This document shows positions 9,771-19,229 of a DNA stretch of 64,000 nt, piece after piece; within the stretch, counting starts at the first letter, position 1; each line of letters begins with the position of its first letter. Under the pieces are notes generated by a model that worked only from the letters and a program-made list of their open reading frames with translations, was not told the origin of the DNA and did no database searches. The stretch covers positions 4,727-68,726 of the forward strand of contig JBAYJR010000001.1 of the NCBI GenBank assembly GCA_041665005.1, read 5' to 3'. The DNA comes from Candidatus Buchananbacteria bacterium. GTDB taxonomy: Bacteria > Patescibacteriota > Patescibacteriia > 2-01-FULL-39-33 > JBAYJR01. The position numbers and the translations under genes were made by a program.

Positions 9771-10326
9771 TCTTCTTGAGGGTTGCAGAATATTTTCTGA
9801 AATTCTCCAGAAGCTTCCGCAGCCGCGGTTTGCGGACTGAGGAGGTTATTACACTATACATTAAAATTGAGGTTAGTCACTTTTGTGACGCTGACTGACT
9901 GGCGCTTTGTTCTTGGTCTTGGACTAAGGGTTTAGCGTTTAACCAGTTGGTGACTAAACCACCAAGGTCTTTGACCTTAAGAGGTTTGGTCTCGGCCAAG
10001 AGTTTTCTTGGCCGCCTCTACTTAAGGGTTGCAGATGATTATTTGAAACTCTCAAGTAGTTTTTTCACCAAGTAGGGTGGAAAAATAAAAAATAGACCTT
10101 TAAAATTTTGCAACTAAATTTTTGCTTAGGAGGCCAATTTTGACTGACGCTTCATTGGTGTAAAACTAAATGATGTCTAGGTTAAATTGGATTTGCCCAT
10201 AATTATTTGGGTCAGGAAGTTAAGTTTTAGAATAATATTACTATAATATTTTCTAGTTTTACTTAACTACAATCTTAAGCAAAAGTTTAGTTGCAAAAAT
10301 TATTTACTGTGAAGGAGGTGGAGAGC

Positions 10327-10785
10327 TTGAAGCTTGAAACCAGACCAAAACATTTTTTGGATTTTTTGCTATGGCCACTACTGCGAATTTTTTGGGAGCC
10401 ATTATCCCGGAAGAATTCCCACTGGTGGCACTGGTTAGACTATTACGGCAATGTTTTTTTGCCGTTAGAAATAAATCCGGTGCCGTCAAAAGAAATTCGT
10501 TATAGTTTTTGGCAGCGGTTTTACCTGACCAACTTCGGTTGGCGCAAAGTCGTCGTAGTTAAGCCAAAAGGCTACACGGGTGGCTATCGCCTGGGCTTTA
10601 TTTCCCAGACAGAGAAAAAGAAGCAGGTCTGCGCGGTCATTTTGTCAGGTCAGGCCGCGGCCTTAATCGGTGGCAGTAAAGTTCAGTTCTTTGCCATTGA
10701 TTATTATGGTAGGGAGATTCCCTTAGAATTGGTAGAGGTTACTTATAACAAAGCAACACTGCCAAAAGAAATCATTCTAGTTTAG
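10327..10785 (+). CDS. Hypothetical Trp-rich protein (array ORF2)
   Basis: ORF 10291..10785; in-frame TTG at 10327 lies 7 nt after AAGGAGGT. Confidence 0.6.
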   Translation: MKLETRPKHFLDFLLWPLLRIFWEPLSRKNSHWWHWLDYYGNVFLPLEINPVPSKEIRYSFWQRFYLTNFGWRKVVVVKPKGYTGGYRLGFISQTEKKKQVCAVILSGQAAALIGGSKVQFFAIDYYGREIPLELVEVTYNKATLPKEIILV

Positions 10786-10790
10786 TTAAT

Positions 10791-10883
10791 GGGCTGGAAA
10801 TATTATTTAAGTTAAAATTTAAGTAATATCAGCCCCCCTTTTCCAAGGAGACAAAAATTATCTTTTGGCTTTTTAGAAAAGGG
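10791..10883 (+). repeat. Array element C, copy 2
   Basis: Same double-hairpin architecture and motifs as 9408-9506. Confidence 0.75.
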
Positions 10884-10924
10884 ATAAGTAACATCATCCC
10901 TAATTGCTCATTGAGAGGTGAAAA

Positions 10925-11176
10925 ATGAAAAAAGAAGTTAAATTTTCATTATGTAAGACTTACTCCTTTTTAGGAGTGGTCTGGATTGGGATTATATTTT
11001 TAATAATCTGGGTGTTCGGTTTTGGGGAAACCAGATTGCCAATCAGTGTATCAACTATTTCCGACGGTACAGTTTTTATTATCTGTACCCTCGGGGCCAT
11101 CTATTTGGCCACTCTTTTTTTAGCAACAGCTTTGTTTTATTGCTTTAATCGCCAATGGCCCTGGCGGAAAAGTTAG
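10925..11176 (+). CDS. Small two-TM hypothetical protein (array ORF3)
   Basis: GAGGTG SD; two hydrophobic helices. Confidence 0.65.
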   Translation: MKKEVKFSLCKTYSFLGVVWIGIIFLIIWVFGFGETRLPISVSTISDGTVFIICTLGAIYLATLFLATALFYCFNRQWPWRKS

Positions 11177-11189
11177 GGTAAACAAAAGA

Positions 11190-11227
11190 GCATCCGAGAG
11201 AATGCCTAGGTAAAATACCATCTCTCG
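11190..11227 (+). repeat. Array element A, copy 2
   Basis: GCATCCGAGAGAATGCCTAGGTAAAATACCATCTCTCG. Confidence 0.85.
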
Positions 11228-11321
11228 TTTTTCCAAATTTATTATTAAAAAATAGTAAATTTAGAAAAATTCAGCACCAAATGGTGATGAATAAGTTATG
11301 CTTAAAAAGGAGATGGTTAAT

Positions 11322-11549
11322 ATGTTCGGAGGCATTAATGTTTTCCAGTCTAACACCTGTAAGGGTGTTTTGGTAAAATTGGCATATAAGTTAGTTTACA
11401 GAGGGCCATTTGCTGCGATGCCAACTTACCACACCGGAGTGTTTGTTCTTCCGGATGGAATTAATTTGGAACATGTCAATCTTAATCAGCACATACCCCA
11501 CAAGCCATACCAAAAGGTTGAGCTTGTGGAAGTATTAAGAGCTGACTGA
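11322..11549 (+). CDS. Small hypothetical protein (array ORF4)
   Basis: ORF 11298..11549; AAGGAG SD favours the ATG at 11322. Confidence 0.55.
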   Translation: MFGGINVFQSNTCKGVLVKLAYKLVYRGPFAAMPTYHTGVFVLPDGINLEHVNLNQHIPHKPYQKVELVEVLRAD

Positions 11550-11560
11550 TTAGGCTATTA

Positions 11561-11601
11561 GTGTATCTGAGAGAATACTAAGGTATAAATACCATCTCTC
11601 G
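11561..11601 (+). repeat. Array element A, copy 3
   Basis: GTGTATCTGAGAGAATACTAAGGTATAAATACCATCTCTCG, nearly identical to copy 1. Confidence 0.85.
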
Positions 11602-11690
11602 TTTTCCTAAGTTTTGCAGAATTGAAAAATTTAGGAAACTGGTTAAAGAAATTTGACCAGTAGAAATAAAATTTAAAGGAGGCAAGTAGA

Positions 11691-12068
11691 ATGAATAAAG
11701 AGACGAAAGAGATGTGCAAAACGGTAGTTATTTTTTTGTTACTTGTGGGGGTTGTGGTAGGTATTTTCGACCATTATATGTCGAAAACTTCTCAAGCGAA
11801 AAAAGAAGCCGAACTAAAGGCCCGGTGGGAGCATCAATACAACACAGACATGCAGGCCCGCGACCGGATTAAACCAGTCGCGAATGGCTGGGAGTATAAT
11901 GGTAAAATTGAAAACGATGAACAGCTTTCGGTTGCTTGGTCTGAAATTAACAAACAATTACACCAATCCCGGTTTGGTCTCACTCCAGATGAGGATCCGT
12001 TTGAACTGCGGCTCATTGTCCGCGTTAATCCAGCGGACATCATCTCTCCGGCGCCAAGACGTAAGTAG
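11691..12068 (+). CDS. Single-TM hypothetical protein (array ORF5)
   Basis: AAAGGAGG SD; N-terminal hydrophobic helix. Confidence 0.7.
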   Translation: MNKETKEMCKTVVIFLLLVGVVVGIFDHYMSKTSQAKKEAELKARWEHQYNTDMQARDRIKPVANGWEYNGKIENDEQLSVAWSEINKQLHQSRFGLTPDEDPFELRLIVRVNPADIISPAPRRK

Positions 12069-12319
12069 CTTTGCCGGCTAGTCTTAGGGGTTATTTAATA
12101 TAACCCCTTCTTTCTAAGGGCACCACGATTGGTGATGCTTTGAGAAAGGAAAATATTTAAATAAAATATTTATTTAAGCTAGAGGTTAATCATGCTACGC
12201 GGAAGATTATGATGAAAAACTAAAAAAATAATTTTAAACCGAGTTTTTAGAAATAAAAATACCACTTTAGTTAGTTGTTCACAAGTTAACTCTTGACAAA
12301 GACTTGAGAATAGCTAACT

Positions 12320-12478
12320 GCGGTGATATACTACTGCGGTAGAGAAGACGCGATATTATTGGTTGGCTCAAAATCAACCTCGTCACGCCTAGCGTGACAA
12401 AATCTCTCTCCTCGGTAGATTTCTGACTAACCAATTTGCCCTTCTTGAACACCCCCGCTTCGGCTGGGGTGTTTTTAT
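12320..12478 (+). ncRNA. Candidate rod-like ncRNA (possibly 6S-like)
   Basis: Upstream TTGACA at ~12293; ATTGGTTGG..TCAAAATC pairs with GATTTCTGA..CTAACCAAT around a GTCACG/CGTGAC hairpin; terminator CACCCC..GGGGTG followed by a U-tract. Confidence 0.4.
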
Positions 12479-12539
12479 TGCGCTAAAATTGTTATAATAA
12501 AGTTGTTTAGACAGTAACTAATTATCTTTAGTAAAATTT

Positions 12540-12920
12540 ATGTCTTTAAAAAGTTTATTAGCTACCTTGTGGGCCTGTACTTTGTTGTTGTGGTTAACTT
12601 GGAGCCTGGTCTTATTTAAGATTGATCCGATAGAAGGCGGATTTTTGGCAATTAGTTTTTTTTATAGCAGTTTAGTTTTAGCTTTATTGGGAACTTTTGT
12701 CCTAGCGGGTTATTATTTGCGACGTTATCGTCAGCCCGAAGCATTGCCTTACCGATTAGTGGTAATTTCTTTACGTCAGGGCTGGTGGTTTAGCTTGGTA
12801 GTGTTAATTACTTTAATTTTGCAAAGTCAAAATTGGTTAACTTGGTGGAATGTCGCGTTATTAATTTTAGCCCTAGGAATTTTGGAATTTTTCTTTATTT
12901 CTTTCAAGGGAGAAAATTAA
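12540..12920 (+). CDS. Four-TM hypothetical membrane protein
   Basis: Four hydrophobic helices; SLRQG motif. Confidence 0.75.
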   Translation: MSLKSLLATLWACTLLLWLTWSLVLFKIDPIEGGFLAISFFYSSLVLALLGTFVLAGYYLRRYRQPEALPYRLVVISLRQGWWFSLVVLITLILQSQNWLTWWNVALLILALGILEFFFISFKGEN

Positions 12921-13000
12921 ATTTTTGGCTTAATTGCTAAACTTGCTTTTGTTGGCCAAAGATAGTATAATAATCCTATTATTTAGGATTATTTATTTTA

Positions 13001-14065
13001 ATGAAAGATCAATTAACTAAGTTATTAGCTTTAGCCAAACAGGAAATTTCTCAAGCCAGTGATTTGGCGGCGATAACACAATTAGAAATTAAATATTTAG
13101 GACGCGCTCAGGGCGAGTTAACGGCGATTTTGCGTCAATTAAAAACTGTGGCTGAAGCGGATCGGCCAATGGTGGGCCAATTAGCTAATCAGGTTAAACT
13201 AGAATTAGAGCAGGCTTTGAATACTAAAAAACAGGAATTAACCACAGGCGACTTGGCTGGCAATTTAGCTAAAGATTGGTTGGATGTTACTAGTCCGGGT
13301 TTAACTAAGGCAGTTGGTCATTTACACCCCATTACCCAGGCAATTAATGAAATCGTAGAAATTATGGGGCAGTTGGGTTTTTATCGCGTGCGTTATCCCG
13401 AAGTAGAGTGGGATTATTATGCTTTTTCCAGTTTAAATATGCCGGCTGATCATCCCGCTCGCGATGAATGGGAAACTTTTTTTATTGATAAAGAACCGGT
13501 TGGTGAGCTGGGCCAACGGTTATTAACACCCCATACTTCTTCGGGTCAGGTGCGAGAAATGGAAAAGGGTCGGTTGCCAATTAGAATGTTAAATGTTGCT
13601 AAATGCTATCGGCGTCAGATGGATGTTTCGCATTTAGTAATGTTTCATCAATTTGAAGGTTTGTTGGTTGATAAAAATGTCAGCATCGCGGAAATTAAGG
13701 GTACGTTTGATTTTTTTGTCAAAAAGTTTTTTGGTCCCGATCGGACGATTCGTTTACGACCGCATCATTTTCGGTTTACCGAACCAAGTTTTGAAATTGA
13801 TGTATCTTGTGGTTTATGTGGCGGGACTGGCAAATTAAGCCAAGGCGAGGATTGCCGGGTTTGTAAAATGGGTTGGTTGGAATTAGGCGGCGCCGGCATG
13901 GTGCATCCGAATGTTTTAAAAGCGGGGAAAATTGACCCCAAAGTTTATCAGGGCTTTGCTTTTGGTTGGGGAGTGGAACGAACTTATATGATGAAGGCGG
14001 GAGTAAAATTAGATGACATCCGTTTAATTTATCAAAACGATTTAAGATTTTTAGAACAATTTTAA
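13001..14065 (+). CDS. pheS: Phenylalanine-tRNA ligase alpha subunit
   Basis: GHLHP, HPARD, FHQFEGL, FRFTEPS, GAGMVHP, GFAFGWGVER. Confidence 0.97.
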   Translation: MKDQLTKLLALAKQEISQASDLAAITQLEIKYLGRAQGELTAILRQLKTVAEADRPMVGQLANQVKLELEQALNTKKQELTTGDLAGNLAKDWLDVTSPGLTKAVGHLHPITQAINEIVEIMGQLGFYRVRYPEVEWDYYAFSSLNMPADHPARDEWETFFIDKEPVGELGQRLLTPHTSSGQVREMEKGRLPIRMLNVAKCYRRQMDVSHLVMFHQFEGLLVDKNVSIAEIKGTFDFFVKKFFGPDRTIRLRPHHFRFTEPSFEIDVSCGLCGGTGKLSQGEDCRVCKMGWLELGGAGMVHPNVLKAGKIDPKVYQGFAFGWGVERTYMMKAGVKLDDIRLIYQNDLRFLEQF

Positions 14066-14066
14066 T

Positions 14067-16436
14067 ATGCACTTAATGGTTAGTTACAACTGGCTGAAAG
14101 AATATTTACGGACCAAAAAGACGGCCAAAGAATTTGCGGCCGAAATTTCTTTAAAAGGCCCGACGGTTGATCATATTATTGAAACTCAGGCGGGTTTTAG
14201 CGGAGTGGTGGTGGGTAAAATTTTAGAAATTAATCGGCACCCAGATGCGGATAAACTGCAAGTTACTAAAGTAGAAGTTGGCAAGGCGGGAGGAATTTTA
14301 ACCATTGTTTGTGGCGCGGCCAATATTGCGGTTGGTCAAAAGGTGCCCGTGGCGTTAATTGGTGCCATGTTGCCGGGAGAATTTAAGATTGCTAAACGGG
14401 AAATGCGTGGGGTGGTTTCTCAAGGCATGCTTTGTTCGGCTAAAGAATTACAGTTTGGCGAAGATCATTCGGGGATTTTAATTTTAGCAGAAGATTCTAT
14501 CGTGGGTTTACCGTTGGAAAAAGTTTTGCCGGTTAATGATGCGGTGTTGGATTTTGAAATTACCTCTAATCGTCCTGATGCGATGTCGGTAGTTGGTCTA
14601 GCCCGAGAGGCCAGCGCGATTTTAGCAGAAAAATTTTTATATCGTGAACCAAAAGTTGATTTAAAATTAACGACCAAGGCCTTACCCTTGCATTTAGAAA
14701 TTAAAGAACCACAACTTTGTCCACGTTATCAGGCGGTGGTTTTAAGCGGAGTCAGGGTGGCTCCTTCGCCGTTGTGGTTACAACAACGGCTAATTGCTTC
14801 CGGTTTACGGCCGATTAATAATTTAGTGGATATTACTAATTATGTTTTGTTGGAATACGGCCAGCCATTACACGTGTTTGATTATGATAAATTAGTTGGT
14901 CATAAAATTATCGTTAGACAGGCTAAGGCGGGGGAAAAAATCTTAGCGTTAGACGGTAAAACTTACGAGTTAAATGCGCCACAGTTGGTTATTGCGGATG
15001 AACAACAACCCGTGGCAGTGGCCGGGGTAATGGGAGGGGAATTAAGTTCGGCCCAAGTAACCACTAAACAGGTAGTAATTGAAGCGGCTAATTTTTCGGC
15101 AGTGTCGGTTAGGAAAACAGCTCGCGCCTTAAATTTACATTCCGAAGCCTCAGATTTATTTGAAAAAAGCTTAAGTCCTAGTGGCACTTACCCGGCTATT
15201 TTACGGGCAATTGAATTAATAATTAAGCTAGCGGACGGCCAAGTGGCTTCAGAAATTTTTGATCAAGGTAAAAAAATTGCAGCCCCGGAAGTGATTAAAT
15301 TATCCTTAGCGACGGTGGATAAATATTTGGGAGTAAAAATTTCGCCAATCCAAATTAAAAAGATTTTAGTTAGCCTGGGTTTTGTGGTTAGCGGTAATAG
15401 TAAAGAAATTTCGGTTACCGCTCCGGCTTGGCGGGCTGCTGAAATTGAAGGTGAACATGATTTAATTGAAGAAATCGCTCGGATTTATGGTTATCAAAAT
15501 TTGCCGACGCACACCCCTTTGGGCGAAGTACCGGCTTGGCCAGTGGAAATTAGTTTTTATTGGGAAAATATTATTAAAAATTGTTTGGCGGGTTTAGGCT
15601 TTTGGGAAATTTATAGTTATTCTTTGGTTAGTGAAAAAAGTCTTAAATCTTTGGGGTTAGCAACCACTGATTGTTTAGCAGTGGTCAATCCTTTAAGCTC
15701 CGAATATCAATATTTGCGTACTAGTTTACTGCCTAGTTTGTTAAAAGTGGTTGGTGATAATCAAGATAACTTTGCCTCGCAACATCTTTTTGAATTAGCT
15801 AATATTTATCAGCCTCAACTAAATGACTTACCGCAAGAGGAGTTAACTTTAGCCTTAGTGCAAACCGGCTTAGAGGCGGCTAAAACTTTTTTTGATCTAA
15901 AAGGCAGTTTAACGGTCTTGTTTGATAAATTGGGAGTGGTGGCGGAATATAAAAATTTTACGGGCGAAAATTTTTGGCATCCCGCTCGGAGTGCCGAAAT
16001 TTTGGTTGCCGGGGTAGTGGTTGGTAAATTAGGGGAAATTAGGCCCGAAGCTAAAGCTAATTATGATTTAAAACAACCAATCGTGGCGGCTCAGCTTAAC
16101 TTAACGGCGTTAATTAAGCTTGCGCGACTTTATAAAACTTATATTCCTTTGCCAAAATTTCCCGCCATGGTTTTAGATTTATCAGTAGTACTGGCCAAAC
16201 AAGTTAGTTGGCAAGAATTGGCCCAAACAGTCAAAGGAGTTAATAAGTTAATCCAGGCCGTGGAATTATTTGATGTTTATCAGGGGGCTAATATTCCCGA
16301 GGGTAAAAAGAGCGTAGCCTTTAGCGTGACTTATCGTCATCCTGAACGAACCTTAAAATCCGAAGAAGTGGATAATATTCAAACAGAGATAATTAAGTTG
16401 CTGCGGGAAAAGTTTAACGGAGAAATTAGGCAATAA
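14067..16436 (+). CDS. pheT: Phenylalanine-tRNA ligase beta subunit
   Basis: HPDADKL, RPINNLVDITNY, DLIEEIARIYGY, C-terminal FDX-ACB domain. Confidence 0.97.
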   Translation: MHLMVSYNWLKEYLRTKKTAKEFAAEISLKGPTVDHIIETQAGFSGVVVGKILEINRHPDADKLQVTKVEVGKAGGILTIVCGAANIAVGQKVPVALIGAMLPGEFKIAKREMRGVVSQGMLCSAKELQFGEDHSGILILAEDSIVGLPLEKVLPVNDAVLDFEITSNRPDAMSVVGLAREASAILAEKFLYREPKVDLKLTTKALPLHLEIKEPQLCPRYQAVVLSGVRVAPSPLWLQQRLIASGLRPINNLVDITNYVLLEYGQPLHVFDYDKLVGHKIIVRQAKAGEKILALDGKTYELNAPQLVIADEQQPVAVAGVMGGELSSAQVTTKQVVIEAANFSAVSVRKTARALNLHSEASDLFEKSLSPSGTYPAILRAIELIIKLADGQVASEIFDQGKKIAAPEVIKLSLATVDKYLGVKISPIQIKKILVSLGFVVSGNSKEISVTAPAWRAAEIEGEHDLIEEIARIYGYQNLPTHTPLGEVPAWPVEISFYWENIIKNCLAGLGFWEIYSYSLVSEKSLKSLGLATTDCLAVVNPLSSEYQYLRTSLLPSLLKVVGDNQDNFASQHLFELANIYQPQLNDLPQEELTLALVQTGLEAAKTFFDLKGSLTVLFDKLGVVAEYKNFTGENFWHPARSAEILVAGVVVGKLGEIRPEAKANYDLKQPIVAAQLNLTALIKLARLYKTYIPLPKFPAMVLDLSVVLAKQVSWQELAQTVKGVNKLIQAVELFDVYQGANIPEGKKSVAFSVTYRHPERTLKSEEVDNIQTEIIKLLREKFNGEIRQ

Positions 16437-16468
16437 TTTTAATAATTTTAAAAATTAAAACAAACTTT

Positions 16469-16768
16469 ATGTTAGGCACTTCACACGATCTATTGTTGGT
16501 AGTTATCGCTAGTTGTTTATTTTTATTCACCTTGTTTGTTTGTTGGGGGATGTTTTATCTAATTATGATTTTTCGGGATTTTAGTAAGATAACTTCCAGT
16601 TTTAGAAAAAAATTAGAATTAATTGATGGAATTTTAAAAGGTTTGAAGGAGAGATTAGAGAATACTTCCGCCTCTATGGGACTATTAGTAGAAGGGGTGT
16701 CAAAGATTGTTAAATATTTTCAGGAGAGAGCTGAAAAAAAAGAAACCAAGAAAAAAAGGAGTAAATAG
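16469..16768 (+). CDS. Hypothetical membrane-anchored coiled-coil protein
   Basis: N-terminal TM helix followed by heptad pattern. Confidence 0.65.
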   Translation: MLGTSHDLLLVVIASCLFLFTLFVCWGMFYLIMIFRDFSKITSSFRKKLELIDGILKGLKERLENTSASMGLLVEGVSKIVKYFQERAEKKETKKKRSK

Positions 16769-16868
16769 CTTAGCTAAATTAATACCGATAATAAATAAGG
16801 ATCATATACCAATATTCCTTAGCTAAGGTCTGGTTTTTGATTGTGCAAAACAATATTTTTATTAATTT

Positions 16869-18050
16869 ATGTCTCAGCTCAAAGATAATTGCCAAGAACT
16901 TACCAACCTGCTTTTGGAACTTAAAAACCTTAAGTCGGAGTTTGATTTGGCTTATCAAGAAGCTTTGGTTAGTCGTGACCTGACTAAACTCAGGGGGTTA
17001 AAGATGCAAATTGAGAGCGAGGTAAGTAAATTAGAGGTTAAGGCCGATCCTTTTAATGTCGCCTTTGAAGTAGATTTGAGAAAAAAATTAGCTGAACAAA
17101 GTAATTTAGATTTTGTTGGTGCTTTCCATGAGGGCTGGGCTTTGGTTAAAAATGGTGTAGAATATTTTTATATAGATCGGACTGGCAAGGAAATTGGTCC
17201 GGTCATGTTTAGTCCTGTTAGGTATGATTATGCTCAAAATTTTTCAAACGGTTTGGCTTGGGTTGTAATAAGTGGAAAATATTTTTATATTGATTACACA
17301 GGCAAAGAAATTAGCGTTGAAAGATACGACGATGCTACTGACTTTAAGGAAGGCTTGGCGGGTGTTAAAAGAGGCAAAGAATGGTTTTTTATCAATCCTG
17401 CTGGTCAAGCAATTAATTTAGAAAGATATGATGATGTCGGCAACTTTTCTGAAGGCTTGGCTCGAGTTATAAAAAAACACACCCAGTGGTTTTATATTAA
17501 TCACGCTGGTCAAGAAATTAGCGCCGAAAGATACGATGGTGCTGAGGATTTTCATGAAGGCTTAGCTCGAGTTAGAAAAGATAACAAGTGGTTCTATATT
17601 AATCGAGTTGGTTCAGAATTAGTCTTGAAGGACTATGATTTTGTTGGTGATTTTGTTGGTGGCTTGGCCGTGGCCCGAAAGGATAAGAAATATTTATACA
17701 TTGATCACTCGGGTAAGGAAATTATTTCAGCCAAGTATAACGCGGCCGGTGGTTTTGTAGAAGGCTTGGCTTGGGTTAGGGAAGGCGAAAAATATTATTT
17801 TATTGATCGTACTGGTCAAGAAATTAGTGCCGAAAGATATGATCGTGTTGGCAACTTTTCGGAAGGCTTGGCTTTGGTTAGGGAAGACAATAAATATTAT
17901 TTTATTGATCGTGCTGGTCGAGCAATCAATCCCGAAAAATATGATTTTGCCGAAAATTTTTCAGAAGGCTTGGCTCGGGTTACAAAAGATGGCAAGTGGT
18001 TTTATATTGACCATGCCGGCCGCAAAATATTTGAGGGGGAATTGCCTTAA
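16869..18050 (+). CDS. WG-repeat protein with shared N-terminal helical module (paralog 1)
   Basis: About nine ~35-aa repeats F[SH]EGLAxV....W[FY]YIDxxG; N-terminus CQELT..LK.LK.EFDL. Confidence 0.88.
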   Translation: MSQLKDNCQELTNLLLELKNLKSEFDLAYQEALVSRDLTKLRGLKMQIESEVSKLEVKADPFNVAFEVDLRKKLAEQSNLDFVGAFHEGWALVKNGVEYFYIDRTGKEIGPVMFSPVRYDYAQNFSNGLAWVVISGKYFYIDYTGKEISVERYDDATDFKEGLAGVKRGKEWFFINPAGQAINLERYDDVGNFSEGLARVIKKHTQWFYINHAGQEISAERYDGAEDFHEGLARVRKDNKWFYINRVGSELVLKDYDFVGDFVGGLAVARKDKKYLYIDHSGKEIISAKYNAAGGFVEGLAWVREGEKYYFIDRTGQEISAERYDRVGNFSEGLALVREDNKYYFIDRAGRAINPEKYDFAENFSEGLARVTKDGKWFYIDHAGRKIFEGELP

Positions 18051-18053
18051 TCT

Positions 18054-19220
18054 ATGTCTAATCCGGGATACAATTGCCAAGAACTTACTAACCTACTTTC
18101 GGCACTAAAAAACCTTAAGTCTGATTTTAATCTGGCTTATCAAGAAATCTTGGTTAGCCATGATTTAAGTCTAGCTAGAGCGCTTAAAATAAAAGTTAAA
18201 GAAAAGGTTAATAGTTTAGAGGCAAGAACTAATCCTTTTAATATCGCCTTTGAAGTAGATTTGAGAAAAAACTTAGCTGAACAAAATAATTTAGATTTTG
18301 TTGGTGCTTTTCATGGGGGCTGGGCTAAGGTTAAAAAAGATGGAAAATATTTTTTTATTGATAAAACCGGCAAGGAGCTTAGTTCAGAAAGATATGAGAG
18401 TGTTGGTAATTTTTCGGAAGGCTTGGCTTGGGTAAGAGATTCCAGAGGGTCTATTTATATTGATCGGACGGGCCAAGAAATTAGTTTAAAAAGATATAAT
18501 GTAGCGGGTGATTTTCATGAAGGTTTAGCTAGGGTTTTTGATACTGGGGACCATTTTTTTATTAATCGTGCCGGTCAAGAAATTAGTTCCGAAAGGTATG
18601 ATTTAGCTAATAATTTTTCGGAAGGCTTTGCGGGCGTTAAACAAGCTGGAAAAATGTTTTTTGTTGACCATGCAGGTAAAAAGCTTAATTTTAAGGAAGA
18701 TTATAAAGAGGTTTGTGATTTTTCTGAAGGTTTAGCCCGAGTTTCTAAAGATAAGGTGATGTTTTTTATTGACTATACAGGTCAAAGAGGCGTCACAACG
18801 ACTTATGATAACGCTAGTAGTTTTGTTGGTGGCTTGGCTTGGGTTGAAAAAGATGGAGAAGTTTTTTATATTAATTATGCTGGTGAGAAAGTTATTTCAG
18901 TAAAATATGATTTTGCTGATGATTTTCACGAAGGTTTGGCCCGGGTAGAAAAAGATGGTAAGTGGTCTTTTATTGATCGCACCGGCCAAGAGATTAATGC
19001 TGAAAAATATGATTTTGCTTCTAATTTTTCAGAAGGTTTAGTCCGGGTTGTAAGAAATAAGGAGTGGTTTTATGTTGACCGTGCTGGTCAAGAAATTAGT
19101 GCCGAAAGATATGCCTTTGCCGAAAATTTTTCTGAAGGTTTGGCACGAGTCCAAGAACAAGAATATGGAGAATATTCTTATATCGACCATACTGGTCGTA
19201 AGATATTTGATGAGAAATAA
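18054..19220 (+). CDS. WG-repeat protein (paralog 2)
   Basis: Same repeats and N-terminal module. Confidence 0.88.
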   Translation: MSNPGYNCQELTNLLSALKNLKSDFNLAYQEILVSHDLSLARALKIKVKEKVNSLEARTNPFNIAFEVDLRKNLAEQNNLDFVGAFHGGWAKVKKDGKYFFIDKTGKELSSERYESVGNFSEGLAWVRDSRGSIYIDRTGQEISLKRYNVAGDFHEGLARVFDTGDHFFINRAGQEISSERYDLANNFSEGFAGVKQAGKMFFVDHAGKKLNFKEDYKEVCDFSEGLARVSKDKVMFFIDYTGQRGVTTTYDNASSFVGGLAWVEKDGEVFYINYAGEKVISVKYDFADDFHEGLARVEKDGKWSFIDRTGQEINAEKYDFASNFSEGLVRVVRNKEWFYVDRAGQEISAERYAFAENFSEGLARVQEQEYGEYSYIDHTGRKIFDEK

Positions 19221-19229
19221 CTTTTATCT

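Noticed and set aside
9731-11601. Element A repeats as a CRISPR array or integron attC sites
   Set aside because: Spacing is hundreds of nt and irregular, there are no cas or integrase genes in the window, and I found no attC core-site boxes.
13805-13870. CxxC..CxxC insertion in PheS
   Set aside because: Zinc-finger-like insertions at this position are a known feature of many bacterial PheS proteins.
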